Positions 36,601-49,678 of a stretch of 62,810 nucleotides of DNA are shown one piece after another. The notes under the pieces were generated by a model. It worked only from the letters and a program-made list of their open reading frames with translations, did not search any database and was not told the origin of the DNA. Origin of the DNA: Rhizophagus irregularis (Eukaryota); contig NC_089430.1 in the NCBI RefSeq assembly GCF_026210795.1, positions 6,076,001 through 6,138,810 of the forward strand, given 5' to 3'. The position numbers and the translations under genes were made by a program. Each line of letters starts with the position of its first letter. The first letter of the stretch is position 1.

Positions 36601-36788
36601 AAAAAGTATATATTAATTCTGCACCTGTTGAGTCACTCGTAATTCTTGGCTTCAATGAGGATGAGAGGATTAATATACGTCTTAAACGCAAAGAACGCCC
36701 TTTCGATAATATAGACGATATAAAAAAAAGGCTTGGCATTGATGATGAGAAATGTAAAAAGTTGAAGCTTGCTAGGATTTTTTTTTAA
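33605..36788 (+). CDS. Crinkler (CRN) family protein: ubiquitin-like N-domain, P-loop NTPase, REase-like, C-terminal HhH; exons 33605-33995, 34092-34106, 34185-34267, 34347-35844, 35917-36275, 36358-36526, 36595-36788 (902 aa)
   Basis: LNCL, LNLWKV and IHIIV header motifs; AGGPGIGKS Walker A; LGIDEFN Walker B; NASGAPFD...QQSK; INSAPVESL...RPFDNIDD. All six introns are GT-AG and phase-consistent; total 2709 nt. Confidence 0.88.
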
Positions 36789-37705
36789 TCTTGGAAGTTG
36801 ATGACTTCTGTATTAAATAGCAATATCACACATGCAAAAACTAGTCAACAAATGTCCATGTAAATTCAAATTATTATGTAAACATATAAACATTGTATAA
36901 TTGTATTAATCACGTTTTTTTTATTAACACTTAATTTAATAATATTATTACATATTTATATAATATTGTAATTTACATAATTTAAACTAACTAAATTTTT
37001 ATTTAAAAAATTACTTTATAATATAGTTGGTAAGTTATTTATTTAATTTTATCCCACGGTTCCTAATCAATTTCTGTAACTTTTTTTACTGATATTTTCA
37101 CGGAACTGATCAACATGTTTATATCACATAATAAATTATACTTTTTATTGTTAAACTTATTATTATACTATTGAAAATAAAAATGATATTATATTATTTG
37201 CATTTATACATCTTTAGATTTCTTCCAAAGCATTTTATATTCATCTTCATCTCCATTTTTCGTCAGAGACTGCTCAAAGAGCACACATTATTGACTTAAT
37301 AACAACATAGCATGCTTTCTATATTATCACTTTGCCGATCACTTTGCCGATTACTTTCATTTTCCATTAAAAAAATAATTTTAACGAAATGTAAAATAAA
37401 TTGCAAAATCTATTAGATATTATTATTCTGAATTACGTAATTGTTTGACACAAGTGTACGCATTTTTATTAGCTAGATTTCATGATGTTACACAAAACTT
37501 AAATTTGTGATATCTTCACTATCTTAATTAAATAGCGCCACAAAAAATTTAATAGCATACATATTTCAATACTTCAAACTCTTTTTAAGTATCTCGCAAA
37601 ATAATTTGAATATTGGAGAGGTAATTCGGAAGTTACAAGTATGTTAAAGTTTCGCATAAAATAGTAATATTATATTTTATAATTATTTTTAGGGGTTTGT
37701 TTTTT

Positions 37706-38077
37706 ATCGCCATGGCGATGCATCGCCAGTGTCACGTGATTTCATAATTCCGGCCGGAATTAAAAGATCGTCAAAGAAATTTTTGGAAGTTTTGTGTAAC
37801 AAAAACTTAGAATTTTGCTGAAAAATAAAATTGCCTTTTTGGATTGTGTAACGTTACCTAAAGCTCCAAAAAAGGATATTTTGGCCAGCGTTATAAAATT
37901 TGGCCGAGATTAAGCATGTGATGTATAGGGAGTGACAAATAGTATTTTTTGCACTGAAAAAATTCCAAGTCCCCAGAATAAATAATAAAAATGGAAAACT
38001 AGAGGATGTGACGCGGGGTGACAAATTATTCACATATGTAAAGTCACGTGACACTTGCGACACATCGCAATGGCGAT
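37706..38077. mobile_element. 372-bp MITE with ~43-bp imperfect TIR in a T-run
   Basis: atcgccatggcgatgcatcgccagtgtcacgtgatttcata versus tatgtaaagtcacgtgacacttgcgacacatcgcaatggcgat. Confidence 0.8.
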
Positions 38078-39184
38078 TTTTTATAAAATCCTTATTTTTA
38101 TTTAATTTATATTTATTCTTATTCAATATAATTATAATTTGTTATTTTTTAAAAGTTTACTTCTATAATAGTCTATTAAAGAAAATAAAGTGACAAGATA
38201 AATATTTTGACCAAATATTTTTGCAGAATAAAGGGAGAGTTTTTTGGTATAGGATTTTCAGAGTAATTTTTTTCCTTTTTTTAATAAACTAATTATATAT
38301 GTTTTTTCACTTTTCTTTTAGGACAAAGTTATTTCATATGTTCCATCAATTTCATTCTACTAAAAGCTTAAATGACATTTTTTAAATGAAATGAAAATAA
38401 TCTTATGATTTTATTTTATTATAGTAAGAAATATGATCTGAATTTTTTAATGGGTTTTGATTGTAGTTATATATTCATTGATTTCTCATATATACTAAAT
38501 AAACCATATGTGCCGATTTTTGGAATTAGTCTAAATTAAGATTTTTATAAAAATTTAATATTTTAGTAAGATTAACATTACACAAATCTAAATTAAATAT
38601 GTGTTACATATTTACGTAACTCAGATTTAATAAAAAATAAAAAAAATTTTTTTAATCAATATTCAAAAATAACGGTAATAACCACTTCTTTTTCCCCATC
38701 ACTGCCCATCACTTTTCCATCATTTTTCTATTCACTTTTATTAAATATGACAAAAAAGTTTATAAGCAAATATAGCAGTTATTTTTAAGTGGTAAGTAAA
38801 AGAAAAAACTTAATATTTTATATACATAGATAAGACATATTTTTTCATAATTTTTAGCTTTAATTTATTGTTTTTTCTTTGTATAAAATACATGCAAATA
38901 AAAAATAATTATGATGTAAAATAGTTGTAAAATGAATAATAAGATATTCTTTTTTTTTCAAAATAACTAATTATATATTTGTTTTTTATCTTTTAAAATT
39001 ATTTTATTAGATTTATTCTACTAAAATCCTTAAATGGCAAATAAAATCTTTTAAATAAAGTAAAAGAATTTGGGATTCTCTTATGAAAGCATTTTTTGGT
39101 AAGAAATAAAATTTTCAGATCGGACTTTATGCAGGTGACAAAATCGTGCATTATTATTCCTGGAGATATGCTAACGTCATCATT

Positions 39185-40195
39185 TTACATTCATTTGAAA
39201 GCTGAGAATTTGCTCTATCGTAAGAATCAAAGATCAGGAAAATTGGATCACTGGATGAGGCGTAATTAACGATCAAAGTCAAATCAAATTTAAAAATTAA
39301 AAATAAATATATTAGACGTAATTATTCACAATCCAGTGATTCAATTCATTCGATTTTAGGCTTATTAGATAGACCTCAATTTTCTCTTTCAAATGAATAT
39401 AATTTCATTCGTGTAGCTTGCATCTACAGGTATTTAATAAATTTTTTTATATCAGATTTTATCAAACTTATAAAATTTTATATTAATAATATAATTGATG
39501 ATTCCTAAACATCTACATATATTAAACGAATTATTTTAAATTTATTTTAAAGATAAAAGTTGGCATCACCTTAGGGAGCAAAGATCATTCAAATTGAATC
39601 ACTACATGTGAAGTAATTAATGATCAAATTTAGATAAAATTCAATAAATATACTGAACGTGATTACTGAACAACTAGTGATTCAATTCACTTGATTTTAG
39701 ATTCATTAGATAGATCTCGATTTTCTCTTTCAAATGAATGTAAATTTATTTGTATAGCTTATTTCTACGAAGAATTATCAATGATTTTGTCATGAGAGTT
39801 ATATTTGATCTTTTAAATTTTAATGATATCTTATATTAAAAAAAAATTAAAAATTATATAATTAATTAGTTTTTTTTGCATTATCTAGTATAAATTTATT
39901 ATTCTTATATAAATGATAATTTATATTTGCTTTAATAAAATTATTTTTGTGTAAAAAAATTAGATTCCAAGGATCGGCCCATATGCTATTTATATTTATT
40001 TGAAAAAGAAAATATACACTAATTTTGGAATTAAAGATCATTCAATTTAAATTATTACATGTGGAGATATTGATGATTAAGTTCAATAATTGGAAATTAA
40101 TATGTTGGATGAAATTATTCATTTACCAGTGATTCAATTTATGTGATTTTTAATCATTGGATAGACCTCACTCTTCCTTTTCAAATAAATGTAGA
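39185..40195. repeat. Three degenerate ~200-bp inverted-repeat modules
   Basis: tcatttgaaag...atcactgg paired with ccagtgattcaatt...gatagacctc...ctttcaaatgaa at ~39190-39400, ~39580-39740 and ~39995-40190. Confidence 0.6.
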
Positions 40196-40543
40196 ATTAT
40201 GTCTCTAGCACACATGTATGTCAAATTATTTACAATTTTGCTATAAGAATTATTTTTGATTTTAATTTTAAGTGAACAGTACATATTAAAGTCCCTCATT
40301 TTATTTCAAATTTTAATGAAAATTTATACACTGATATATTAAATTGATATTTATAGATTGGAAAGTTTGAGGTATATTTATTATGTAAAATTTTAATCTA
40401 CTAAGACATTTATATTAAAAATAATTGAGAGATTATGTTAAATTAAAAATTATTACATATAAAAGTTGACCAATAATGAATGGTTTTTAATAAAAATAAA
40501 TATATTTAAAATACATAATAAAATTAGAAAATTTCTAAGTTTA

Positions 40544-40776
40544 CACGGGGTGTTTGTACACGGGTCATATAAATATAATTTTTAATAGACTAATTTTTTG
40601 TTTTTTAATTTGAAATTGAATGCTACCAACATTATACTCTTTTACTTTTTATTCTTATTATATTACAGATAAATATATGTATTTTCACCTGCTCTGCAAG
40701 TTTACTTAAGGCATTAAAGGAGGTTTTGAATGCCGTTTTTAATCTACTAATATGACCCGTGTTTAAACACCCTGTG
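40544..40776. mobile_element. Tc1/mariner-type MITE, TA TSD
   Basis: ta|cacggggtgtttgtacacgggtcatat ... atatgacccgtgtttaaacaccctgtg|ta. Confidence 0.8.
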
Positions 40777-41029
40777 TACAAATAGAAATTGCCATAAAAT
40801 TAATATATTGGCAAATTTTGAGAATATATTATTATGTAGAACTGTTCAAAAGAATCAATATGATGCATCATAACAATATATGATAAAATTGAAAATGATC
40901 AGCAAAATCTACATGATAATATAGAAAACCTGCTATGCTATTCAGAAACTGAACTAAAAATTGTTAGTGATCCCAAAAAATATTAAAGATGTTTAGTGGT
41001 AATTTTTTAAAAAAAAATTTTTTTTTATT

Positions 41030-41560
41030 TATTTTTTTTTTAGAACTCTTCACTTTAGATCAGTAAAGTTTTGAAAGTTTTATTCTTTTGAAACTTTGTT
41101 TTTTAAAAAATTTTTTTATTTTTTTTATTTCTTTTTTAGGTATCAGCAAGACTCTCATTTTAGATCAATAAAGTTTTAAAAGTTTCATTTTTTTAAAACT
41201 TTGTTTTTTTAAAAAAAAATTTAAATATTTTAAATATTTTTTTTTAGATATCGGCAGGACTTTTCACTTTGGATCGGTAAAGTTTTAAATCATTTTTTGA
41301 AACTTTGTTTTTTAAAAAAATTTTATTTATTTTTTTTTGAGACCTTTCACTTTGGATCAGTAAGTTTTGAACTTAGTTTTTAATATTTTTTTTATTTCTT
41401 TTTTTTTAGGTATCGGCAACCCTCACTTTGGATTGGTAAGTTTCAAAAGTTTCATTCTTTCGAAACTTTATTTTTTTAAAAACAAATTTTTTATTTTTTT
41501 TATTTCTTTTTTTAGGTACTTTCACTTTGAATCAGTAAGTTTTGAAAGTTTCATTCTGAT
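41030..41560 (+). repeat. Tandem array of micro-exon/intron-like units
   Basis: About six units of poly-T + ttag|(gtatcggcaggac)tttcactttggatcg|gtaag. Confidence 0.8.
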
Positions 41561-41769
41561 ATTATTCAAAATAATCTTATTTAATGAAATTTTATTTTTA
41601 TTTGCAAATATTTAAAATTTAAGTCACACAATTACGATTTTAAAGATTTTAAAGAAAAAAATTACTGTATTTATTTTTAATGAAGCGATACAAATAAAAA
41701 AACAATAACAATAAATAAAAAAGAAAAGTAAATTATAATGATCAAGGAGAAAGATGCTAATAAAAAAAT

Positions 41770-42280
41770 GAAACAACAATGGAATAATAAAATAATGAAA
41801 AGTAATAGAAGATGAAAAAGAGTAATGAGAAGTAATGAGAAATAAAAAGGAGAAATAGAATATGATGAGAGATAAAAAGAAGTGATGGGAGGTAAAAAGA
41901 AGTGATGAGAGACAAAAAGAAGTAATAGGAAATGATAAGGAGTAATGGGAGATGAAAATTAGTGATGGAGGACGAAAAGGAGCGATGGGAGATGAAAAGG
42001 AGTGATGGGAAGATGAAGAGGAGTGATGGGAGGTAAAAAGAAGTAATGGAAGACAAAGAAAAGTGATAGGAGGTAAAAAGGAGTAATGGAGTTGATGGGA
42101 GACGAAAAGGAGTGATGAGAGGCAAAAGGAAATAATGGGAAGTAGATAGGAGAGAAAATAGATAATAGAAAATGAAAGTCATAATAAAAAATAATGGGAA
42201 ACGAAAGGATGGAATAATGAGAAGTAATACAAAAAATAAAAAAATGATCATGATAGGAGGTTGGGTAATGATAGGAAACC
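41770..42280. repeat. Purine-rich 20-bp minisatellite
   Basis: Degenerate units of gagtgatgggagatgaaaag. Confidence 0.85.
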
Positions 42281-43031
42281 AAGTAAAAAATAAAACCATA
42301 AAGTAAAAAAAATTAAAGTTAATAAGGAACGAAATATAAGATAGAAATAAAATAAAAAAAAATAAATAAAAAATAAATAACATACTTTTATTAATTGTAG
42401 AACTGAAAGAACTAAAATATCTAAAAAAAATGAAATAAAATAAAACGTAAAGTAATAAACAACTGAATTTTAATTGCAGAACTGAACTAAAGCAATAAAG
42501 AAAAATATCTTGAGACTGAAAAAACCTATACTGGCTAATCTGGCCAATCAAAAATATTAAATCTGTCACATGATCGAAGTCCCAGGCGATAATATTAGCA
42601 ATTCCCTAATTTACCTAATTTATTATAACAATCAAAATTTGAAAATATGTAAATTTTATGCAATATTAAAATTTAAAAAAATAATTAAATTCAATAGTAT
42701 TGGTTTAATTGAGTTATTTAACTCTTTTTATTTACTAAAAACTTTTTAAAAAAAATATAAGGGTCAAAATTATAATTGGCCAAAATTAAGATTAATGTAA
42801 TACTAGCCTAAATAAAAATTATAAATAAAAATTGAGCGTAAAGCTATTTTGTAAAATTAAAAGTTATTTAAAGATTTTTTAATTTTGAGTATAGAGGTTT
42901 CATACTGTAGCATTTGGCAAGTTTATTTTGATTTTACAACCTATTATTACATTCTTGAGAAATGTGAGATGGTAAAATTATGAAAATTTTAATTATTTTT
43001 TGACTGAAAATAAGACTCCCTCTATCGCGCA

Positions 43032-44737
43032 TAAGGTTGCCTGCCAAAACCTATTTGGCTTAATGCTGAAAGGTGAAACCCCTTACATAATGGCAAAACT
43101 GCGAAACTGCAAAATTGCTGAAACTTGCGAAACCTCTATAATTAAGTTTATTCATAGTTTTGGCATAACAAGCATTAATATTTTATATGAACTTCACCAT
43201 AGTTTCGCTATTCTAATATTTTTTAGCATTTTTTTTTTTAATTTCAAATTTTCTAATAAATTTATATGTAATTAAAAAAAAATTATTGTAATTTTTTTTT
43301 ACTTAATATTTTTTTATTTTATTACAATTATTATAATAATAAAGAGATTACATTTCTTTGAAGTAAACTCCCCAGTCCACACCTGAGTTTTGTTTTCCCA
43401 AATGTTTGATAATCTAAAAAAATAGAGAAAGAAACGTTAGTAACGTTTCTTTAATATTAAAAAAAAATCACCTCTCTCTTTTCCAACTAACATTTTAAAG
43501 TCGGATTCGTCCAAGGAGTCTGGCAACCTAATAAAAATAAAGAAATGTTAGTACGTTTTTTTAATATTTAAAAAAACTTCCCTTCCCCCATTCCTTACAT
43601 TCTAAGTCCAGGTTTGTCCAGGAGGCTGTTTTTATTTTATTTCAATAGAATTCATGTTCCGAAAGAATGATCCTAAAGTAAAGAAAAAGGACTATTAGGT
43701 ACGTTTCTACAATGAAAAAAACTAACATTTCCCTTTTCAACCTACCGTTTCACCAAATTCCAGGTCTGAAAGGCGCCCTGAAGTAAAAAAAGAGAAAAGG
43801 AATGTTAGGTACATTCCTACAATTAAAATTAAACAAGTTAAACAATACTTCCCCCTTTTCAACCTACCGTTTCACCAAATTCCAGGTCCAGAAAATGCTC
43901 TAAAGTAAAAAAAAAGAAAGGAACATTAGGTATGTTCCTAAATTAAAATAAAACAACACTTCCCCTTTCCAACGTACTATTACGCTGAATTCCAGGTTCA
44001 GAAGGTGTCCCTAAAGAAAAAAAGAAAAAAGAAACATTAGGTATGTTCTTATAATTAAAATAAAACCACACCTCCCTTTTCCAACCTACCACTTCACCGA
44101 ATTTCAGGTACAGAAGGTGTCCCTAAAGAAAAAAAGAGAAAAGGAATGTTAATGACATTCCTACAAAAAAAATAAATAATGAGACAAAAAATTTGATATA
44201 ATACTAATGTCATTTCAAATGTTTTACTATCGAAAAGCAAAAAAAATTTCGTCTTTTATTTTATCTCTGATGATTCCTTTGGTTGCATGTTTTGACTTAA
44301 ATGGCTTATTGGATTGTTTTAACGAGTCAGCTTTATGATGAAATGGTTTTTTGGTAGGCATTTTAACAAAAATAAATTAAAAACCCAACCTTTCATGTTT
44401 AGGGCGGGTTTATTTTTTCCAACTATAAACAATAAAATGTTTTTTTTTAACCTTTTTTTTTTAATAATAAAAGATTATCAGATCAGTAAATTAGTATGAT
44501 CAGTAAATCATATGATATACCGAAACTGATCAGAATAAAATCTGCAAACCGCAAATTATAGTGAATGCTGAAACTATATGTATATCATATGATATACTAT
44601 GCCGAAACATCAAAACAGTTTCGCGAGTTTTGGCAGTTTTGGCATTTCAGCATTTTAAGGTAATTTTGCGAAATTAGTTTTGGCAGTTTCGTATATACCA
44701 TCTTGCCAAAATCTCCTAATTTTGGCAAGTAACCTTA
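43032..44737. mobile_element. 1.7-kb non-autonomous hAT-like element (TAAGGTTGC TIR family)
   Basis: taaggttgcctgccaaaa ... ttttggcaagtaacctta. Flanks atcgcgca/attgcata are a possible decayed 8-bp TSD. Confidence 0.7.
43400..44170 (-). repeat. Tandem ~115-bp intron/micro-exon units
   Basis: On the minus strand each unit reads ctaac + polypyrimidine + ag | ~32-nt exon (..acctggaatttggtgaaacg) | gtaggt. Confidence 0.8.
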
Positions 44738-45158
44738 ATTGCATACAGTGATGGCTAGCTCATTGCAGTCAGAATTTTGATTATCTGGTAGGTTGATGAT
44801 ATCGTAAGCAAATTTTGAGTTTTGCTTACGGTGCAAAAAATTATAATCTATAAGCGAATCAATTTGTTTAGGACCAACAATATTAATCAAGTCATCTTCT
44901 AAAATGTATCCTTAACTCTCTGTCTTCATTAATGCTTTAATAGTTTTGATTAAATCACTATCTGTCCAAAGTGGTCGATCGGGCCTATCTGAATATTTCA
45001 ATCTCTTAAGATGGAGACTATGTTTCAACTTCATATATTCTGATATATAAACTGAAAATTTACTAGCTATAAACAATTTATTATGCATTAAATTCTTTAA
45101 AATTAACAAAAATAAATATCCTTTAAAAAGAAAATAAAATCTGATATGTACCTGTAAG

Positions 45159-45453
45159 CAGGGTTGAAAATTGTACTAGTACAGTATTAGTACAGTATAA
45201 ACTATAGTACAGTACTAAGTACTATACTTGTACTTGAAAATTTAGTACAAATACAATTTTAGTACATACTATTAATAAATTTTATTAGTTAATTTTATAA
45301 ATATAAACAATATTAATCACATGATATCTACCTAAAATGGTTAAATTATATCCTAAAAAGTAATAATTGTATTAGTAAAGTACTTATACAAAATTTTTGC
45401 TAGTACAGTACATACTAGAATTTTGCTGATACAGGTATATTACCACAACCCTG
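45159..45453. mobile_element. hAT MITE (CAGGGTTG TIR)
   Basis: Perfect 8-bp TSD cctgtaag at 45151-45158 and 45454-45461. Confidence 0.92.
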
Positions 45454-45522
45454 CCTGTAAGCTTTCCATTAGAATTTTTGTATTCTTTAATATACTTATC
45501 AATAATTAGCATGCGTGTACCC

Positions 45523-45741
45523 TAAGGTTGCTGGAAAAACTAGGAAGTTTTGGCAAGTTGGCGAAATGCCAAAATAGCAAAACTTTGCTGATACTATATG
45601 AAAGTTTTATTAAAAAGTTAGCGAAACTCTAGAGAAAAGCGAAACCTGACAAAACTTATTATAAATACCGAAACTGCCAAAACCTTACCAAAATTATAAT
45701 AAAACTATAGTAAAATCTTGGAGTTTAGGCAGGCAACCTTA
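45523..45741. mobile_element. TAAGGTTGC-family MITE
   Basis: taaggttgct...ggcaacctta; reverse-complement homolog of 46930-47173. Flanks gtgtaccc/gtatactt match at 5/8. Confidence 0.85.
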
Positions 45742-46653
45742 GTATACTTATTATTTTGCAAATATGGTCAAATTTGCCTTCAAATTCTTTACATTCTTTT
45801 TTAAATAACAAATATGTTATGTAAGCCCTCTACATATAAATAAATGAGTTCAGTAATGACATACCATTTTGAGAAAGAATATGCTTTTCAAAATATTCTT
45901 CAGCTTCTTCCTTGCTCAAATCTCCAATAACATATGTAGTTACATATAAGTTATGCAAACCTAAACAATAAATGTGGATTAGAAAATCATAAGCCTTTAC
46001 ACTGATATCAAATATGATTATAATAAGGTGGACTTACAATCTGTGATCCAGTTATAAAAGAATGAATCAGAAGAGGTAAGCACAACATGGAAGCGACTTG
46101 TTTGTTTTGTATTTAATATGAACCAGTCAAGATATGATCATAGAAGAACTTTTCCTGCTACCAAACTGTAACCAAGTCGATTAAGTACGTTTACTTCATC
46201 AATAATCAAAATGGGTAGAAGAATATTGTAACCTATCCATATGTTTCGATTTAGAAGAGCACGAGCAATTTTTTTAAGCAAGCTCATAACACTAGTAAAA
46301 GTAAATTTCATTTTCTTGCTTATCAAATAGCTTAAAGTTTAACTCCAAAAAATATGGAAATTTGGCCTTGATTTCCATTTCTGGTAAAATTTTTTTCAGG
46401 AATTTTCTTTGATTTTTGAAGAATGTTTTGAATTGCATGGAAATAGAATGGTATACAGCTATTGGAAAATCAAACTGTTCTAAACGACAGTTTAGAAAAA
46501 GAGATTTGAAATTGCCTTTAGTTGTTACCTCATGAACCAAGGCAGTTTTCCCAGAACTAGGAGGACCTAGAATAACATGAAAATCTGGATAGTCACTAAA
46601 TGCTTTTTTGAACTCTGCAAGTTCTTGTTTCTAATTGAAAAAGGTCTTTTCAC

Positions 46654-46866
46654 TAAGGTTGCTTGTCTAAACCTCTTTAAAATCCTATGATTAGTTTCGT
46701 CAAAATTTTACTATAGATTTATTATAGTTTCGGTAGAGTTTCGGCAGTTTCAGCATTTATAATAAGTTTCGGCAGTTTCGCCTTTCACCAAAGCTTCGCC
46801 AGTTTTTTAATATAATTTTAATATAGTTTTGGCAGAATTACCCCTAGGTTTCGGCAAGCAACCTTA
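46654..46866. mobile_element. TAAGGTTGC-family MITE
   Basis: TIR taaggttgcttg/caagcaacctta; perfect TSD cttttcac. Confidence 0.93.
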
Positions 46867-46929
46867 CTTTTCACCAGTAACTTGTATTATATAACAAGCG
46901 ACATGATCAGTTTTAAGTGTATTTGAGAT

Positions 46930-47173
46930 TAAGGTTGCCTGCCTAAACCTCTTCAAAATCCTATGATTAGTTTCTTCAAGATTTTACTATGGGTTTATTA
47001 TAATTTTGGCAAAGTTTCAGCAGTTTTGGCATTAATAATAAGTTTTGTCAGGTTTCGCTTTTTTCTAGAGTTTTGCTAACTTTTTAATAAGACTTTCATA
47101 TAGTTTTAGCAAAGTTTCGCTATTTTGGCATTTTGCCAACTTGCCAAAACCCCTAGTTTCTCCAGCAACCTTA
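46930..47173. mobile_element. TAAGGTTGC-family MITE
   Basis: TIR taaggttgc/gcaacctta; perfect TSD tttgagat. Confidence 0.93.
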
Positions 47174-47236
47174 TTTGAGATACAACTACTGCTGGTAGGC
47201 AAGTGTTTAGTTAAACTGAAAATAAGCATGGCTATG

Positions 47237-47634
47237 TTATTGCTGTTTTCTAATCACTGTGATCTAGCATTTTTTAATAAAAAAAAAAATTTTTGAGAAA
47301 ACACGTGAAAATAAAAATTTTATTGCATTTTCAAATAAAGAAGATATGATTATAAGCTAAAAATTATAATTTTAAGAAAAAATTTTCAATCTTTAAATAA
47401 GTTTGCTTATAAATAACTTTTTTAAAACCAATTTGTTACACAAAATTTAAAAAGTTATTTATAAGTAAACTTATTTAAAAATTGAAAATTTTTTCTTAAA
47501 ATTATAATTTTTAGCTTATAATCATATTTCCTTTATTTGAAAATGCAATAAAATTTTTATTTTCATGTGTTTTCTCAAAAATTTTTTTTTTTATTAAATA
47601 ATGCTAGATCACAGTAATTAGAAAACAGCAATAA
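47237..47634. repeat. Near-perfect ~400-bp palindrome
   Basis: ttattgctgttttctaatcactgtgatctagcatt... mirrored by ...aatgctagatcacagtaattagaaaacagcaataa. Arms ~190 bp, spacer ~20 bp. Confidence 0.93.
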
Positions 47635-47915
47635 AGTAATTTTTGAAATTTGTGAAAAATTAGTGCCAATTTGATTAACAGAAACATCGCAATTAAGTTA
47701 TGAATTTTCCTAATTAGGGTCTAGAAACAGACTTCAGATTTATTTTCTGTGAACTGAACTTATAAGTAAATCATATAATAAATTTAAATTATTTATGTAT
47801 TTATACTTTCTTATTTATAAAAAGTTATATTACAAAAAAATTTTCTCTCCTACTTTGAAAATTTTTCACGAAAAACACTTTTATTTTATAAACTTTTATT
47901 TTTCTCTTGTCCACT

Positions 47916-48880
47916 ATGTCTACTAAAAATAAAGGGAAAACTGCCCAACATTTTTTCCAATAGCTGCCAACTTCAGCCACTGAACGTACCCTTCACTCCT
48001 ATTCTGGCACTCAATTGAACCGTGCTAATAACTGTTCTCCTTTTCCTGAAACTGCTAAATGTGTTCATCCTAACACTGTCCTGACACTTCTCTTACTACA
48101 TCTATTTACGTACCTGCCTAAGACTCTACTTCTGCTGCTGCTTCTACTTCTGCTCCTGATATTACCCTCGCATTTTCTCCAGACATAACCCAAGCTGCCA
48201 TCCAGACGATCTTCAAATATTACTTGCCTACAGATTTTTGGAACAGGTTTTGTTCCAATAAAATTGCTTGTGACACTGTTGATCATTTTTCTCCAATATA
48301 GTTCTAAAGTACGGTTTTGAAGGCTCTAATGAGTTCAAGCAGATCATCATTTTATTCCGTGCTAAATCTGATTTAGATGAAGTCATTTCTAAGCCTATTT
48401 TTGAATTAGTTAACCTCCTGCTGCTATACGTGCAGAAGATCAGTCTTTGTCTTAGACGCAAAAATTACCTTTTTGACCTGCCTCACCTAATCGACACTGC
48501 ATAAATCATCATGTTCTACTGACCTTCTTATTATAAAATATTTATTTATATTATGCAGAGAGATGATAATATAGTTACATAAGTGAAGAAGGTAATTTTT
48601 GCGTCTCAGACATTCCACTATATCTTACTGAATCATAAATTCATGGGTACTTCTCCCACTATGGTAATATCCTTAAGTATAAACTTTTCACACCAACTGG
48701 TCTTAATCACTTTTGACATGTTCACAGCCTTACTGTGGCTCCTATTTACGTGTTATTCTTTGCTATTATGAAAAAATTAAAGAAATCTTCATCAGGTACA
48801 TTTCGTGATACTTACTGAAGTCCAGGCTTTATGTTATGTCTGTGAAGGTAAAGGCTGTGACCCTACTAGATGCTCCAGAA
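47916..48880 (+). pseudogene. Heavily decayed ORF, possibly LINE ORF1/gag-like remnant
   Basis: Higher-GC, C-rich island starting MSTKNKGK and ending CYVCEGKGCDPTRC, with many frame breaks. Confidence 0.3.
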
Positions 48881-49678
48881 GAATTTTTATACCGATTTAT
48901 TATTAAAAAAAAAATTACAGAAAATTTATTATATCTAATCTATACTATACCGATAACTGATCTATTGCTATTAAAAAAAAAATTTTAAAGAATTTTATTA
49001 TATCTATTATATACTAACTGATCAAAAAAAAAAAATTTTATACTAATTATTATAAAAAATAATTAAAAAAATAGCTTTTTTTTTTAAACAGAGCCAATTA
49101 ATAATATTGGTATCTATGAATTTACCAATCAAATCATTTTAACCATAATAATAGAGAACAAAATCTATAGGTATAGACACAATGCATCATGTAACTCAAA
49201 ATTATTTATATAGAGGATATTCTAAACTCTAGACGTTTAACGTTGAAGTTTGGATACTTGATCAAGTATTGCAAGAAGTAGATCTTCCTTTTCCCGTTAG
49301 AGTAATTAAAAGAACTATTGATGAAATAAGTAGTCTTATTCAATATGTTTTTTCTCTTAAAGTTTGTTATAAACGAAGTACTGTTGGTATGTAATTTACA
49401 ATTAAATTATTAATGTATTATATTTTTTTTCTTTACATTAAGAATATTTAATTTTAGGATTTGAAGATATAATTCAAATTTGAGGAGATTAATTGGTTAG
49501 CAATAATAAAGAGCATACCCCCTTTGCTTTTTTAGAAAATAAAGGTCATCCATCAGATGAAGTATACTGACATATTAATTGCAAACTTATAATGAAAGAT
49601 GAAAATGTATGTGAAAATTGCCAAAAAGTTTGTAAAACAATGCAACAAATTTGTAAAAGGTATTTAGATGGTGTAAAT

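Larger units (their letters stand above)
44770..46900 (-). pseudogene. Decayed P-loop (AAA/ATPase_2-like) gene interrupted by MITEs
   Basis: FFNRNKNL/EL..FKKAF, HVILGPPSSGKTALV, PILIIDEVN, VVLTSSDSFF, VIGDLSKEEAEEYF spread over several frames. Confidence 0.7.

Noticed and set aside
41757..42569. 270-aa hydrophobic ORF
   Set aside because: It is the antisense of a purine-rich minisatellite; low complexity.
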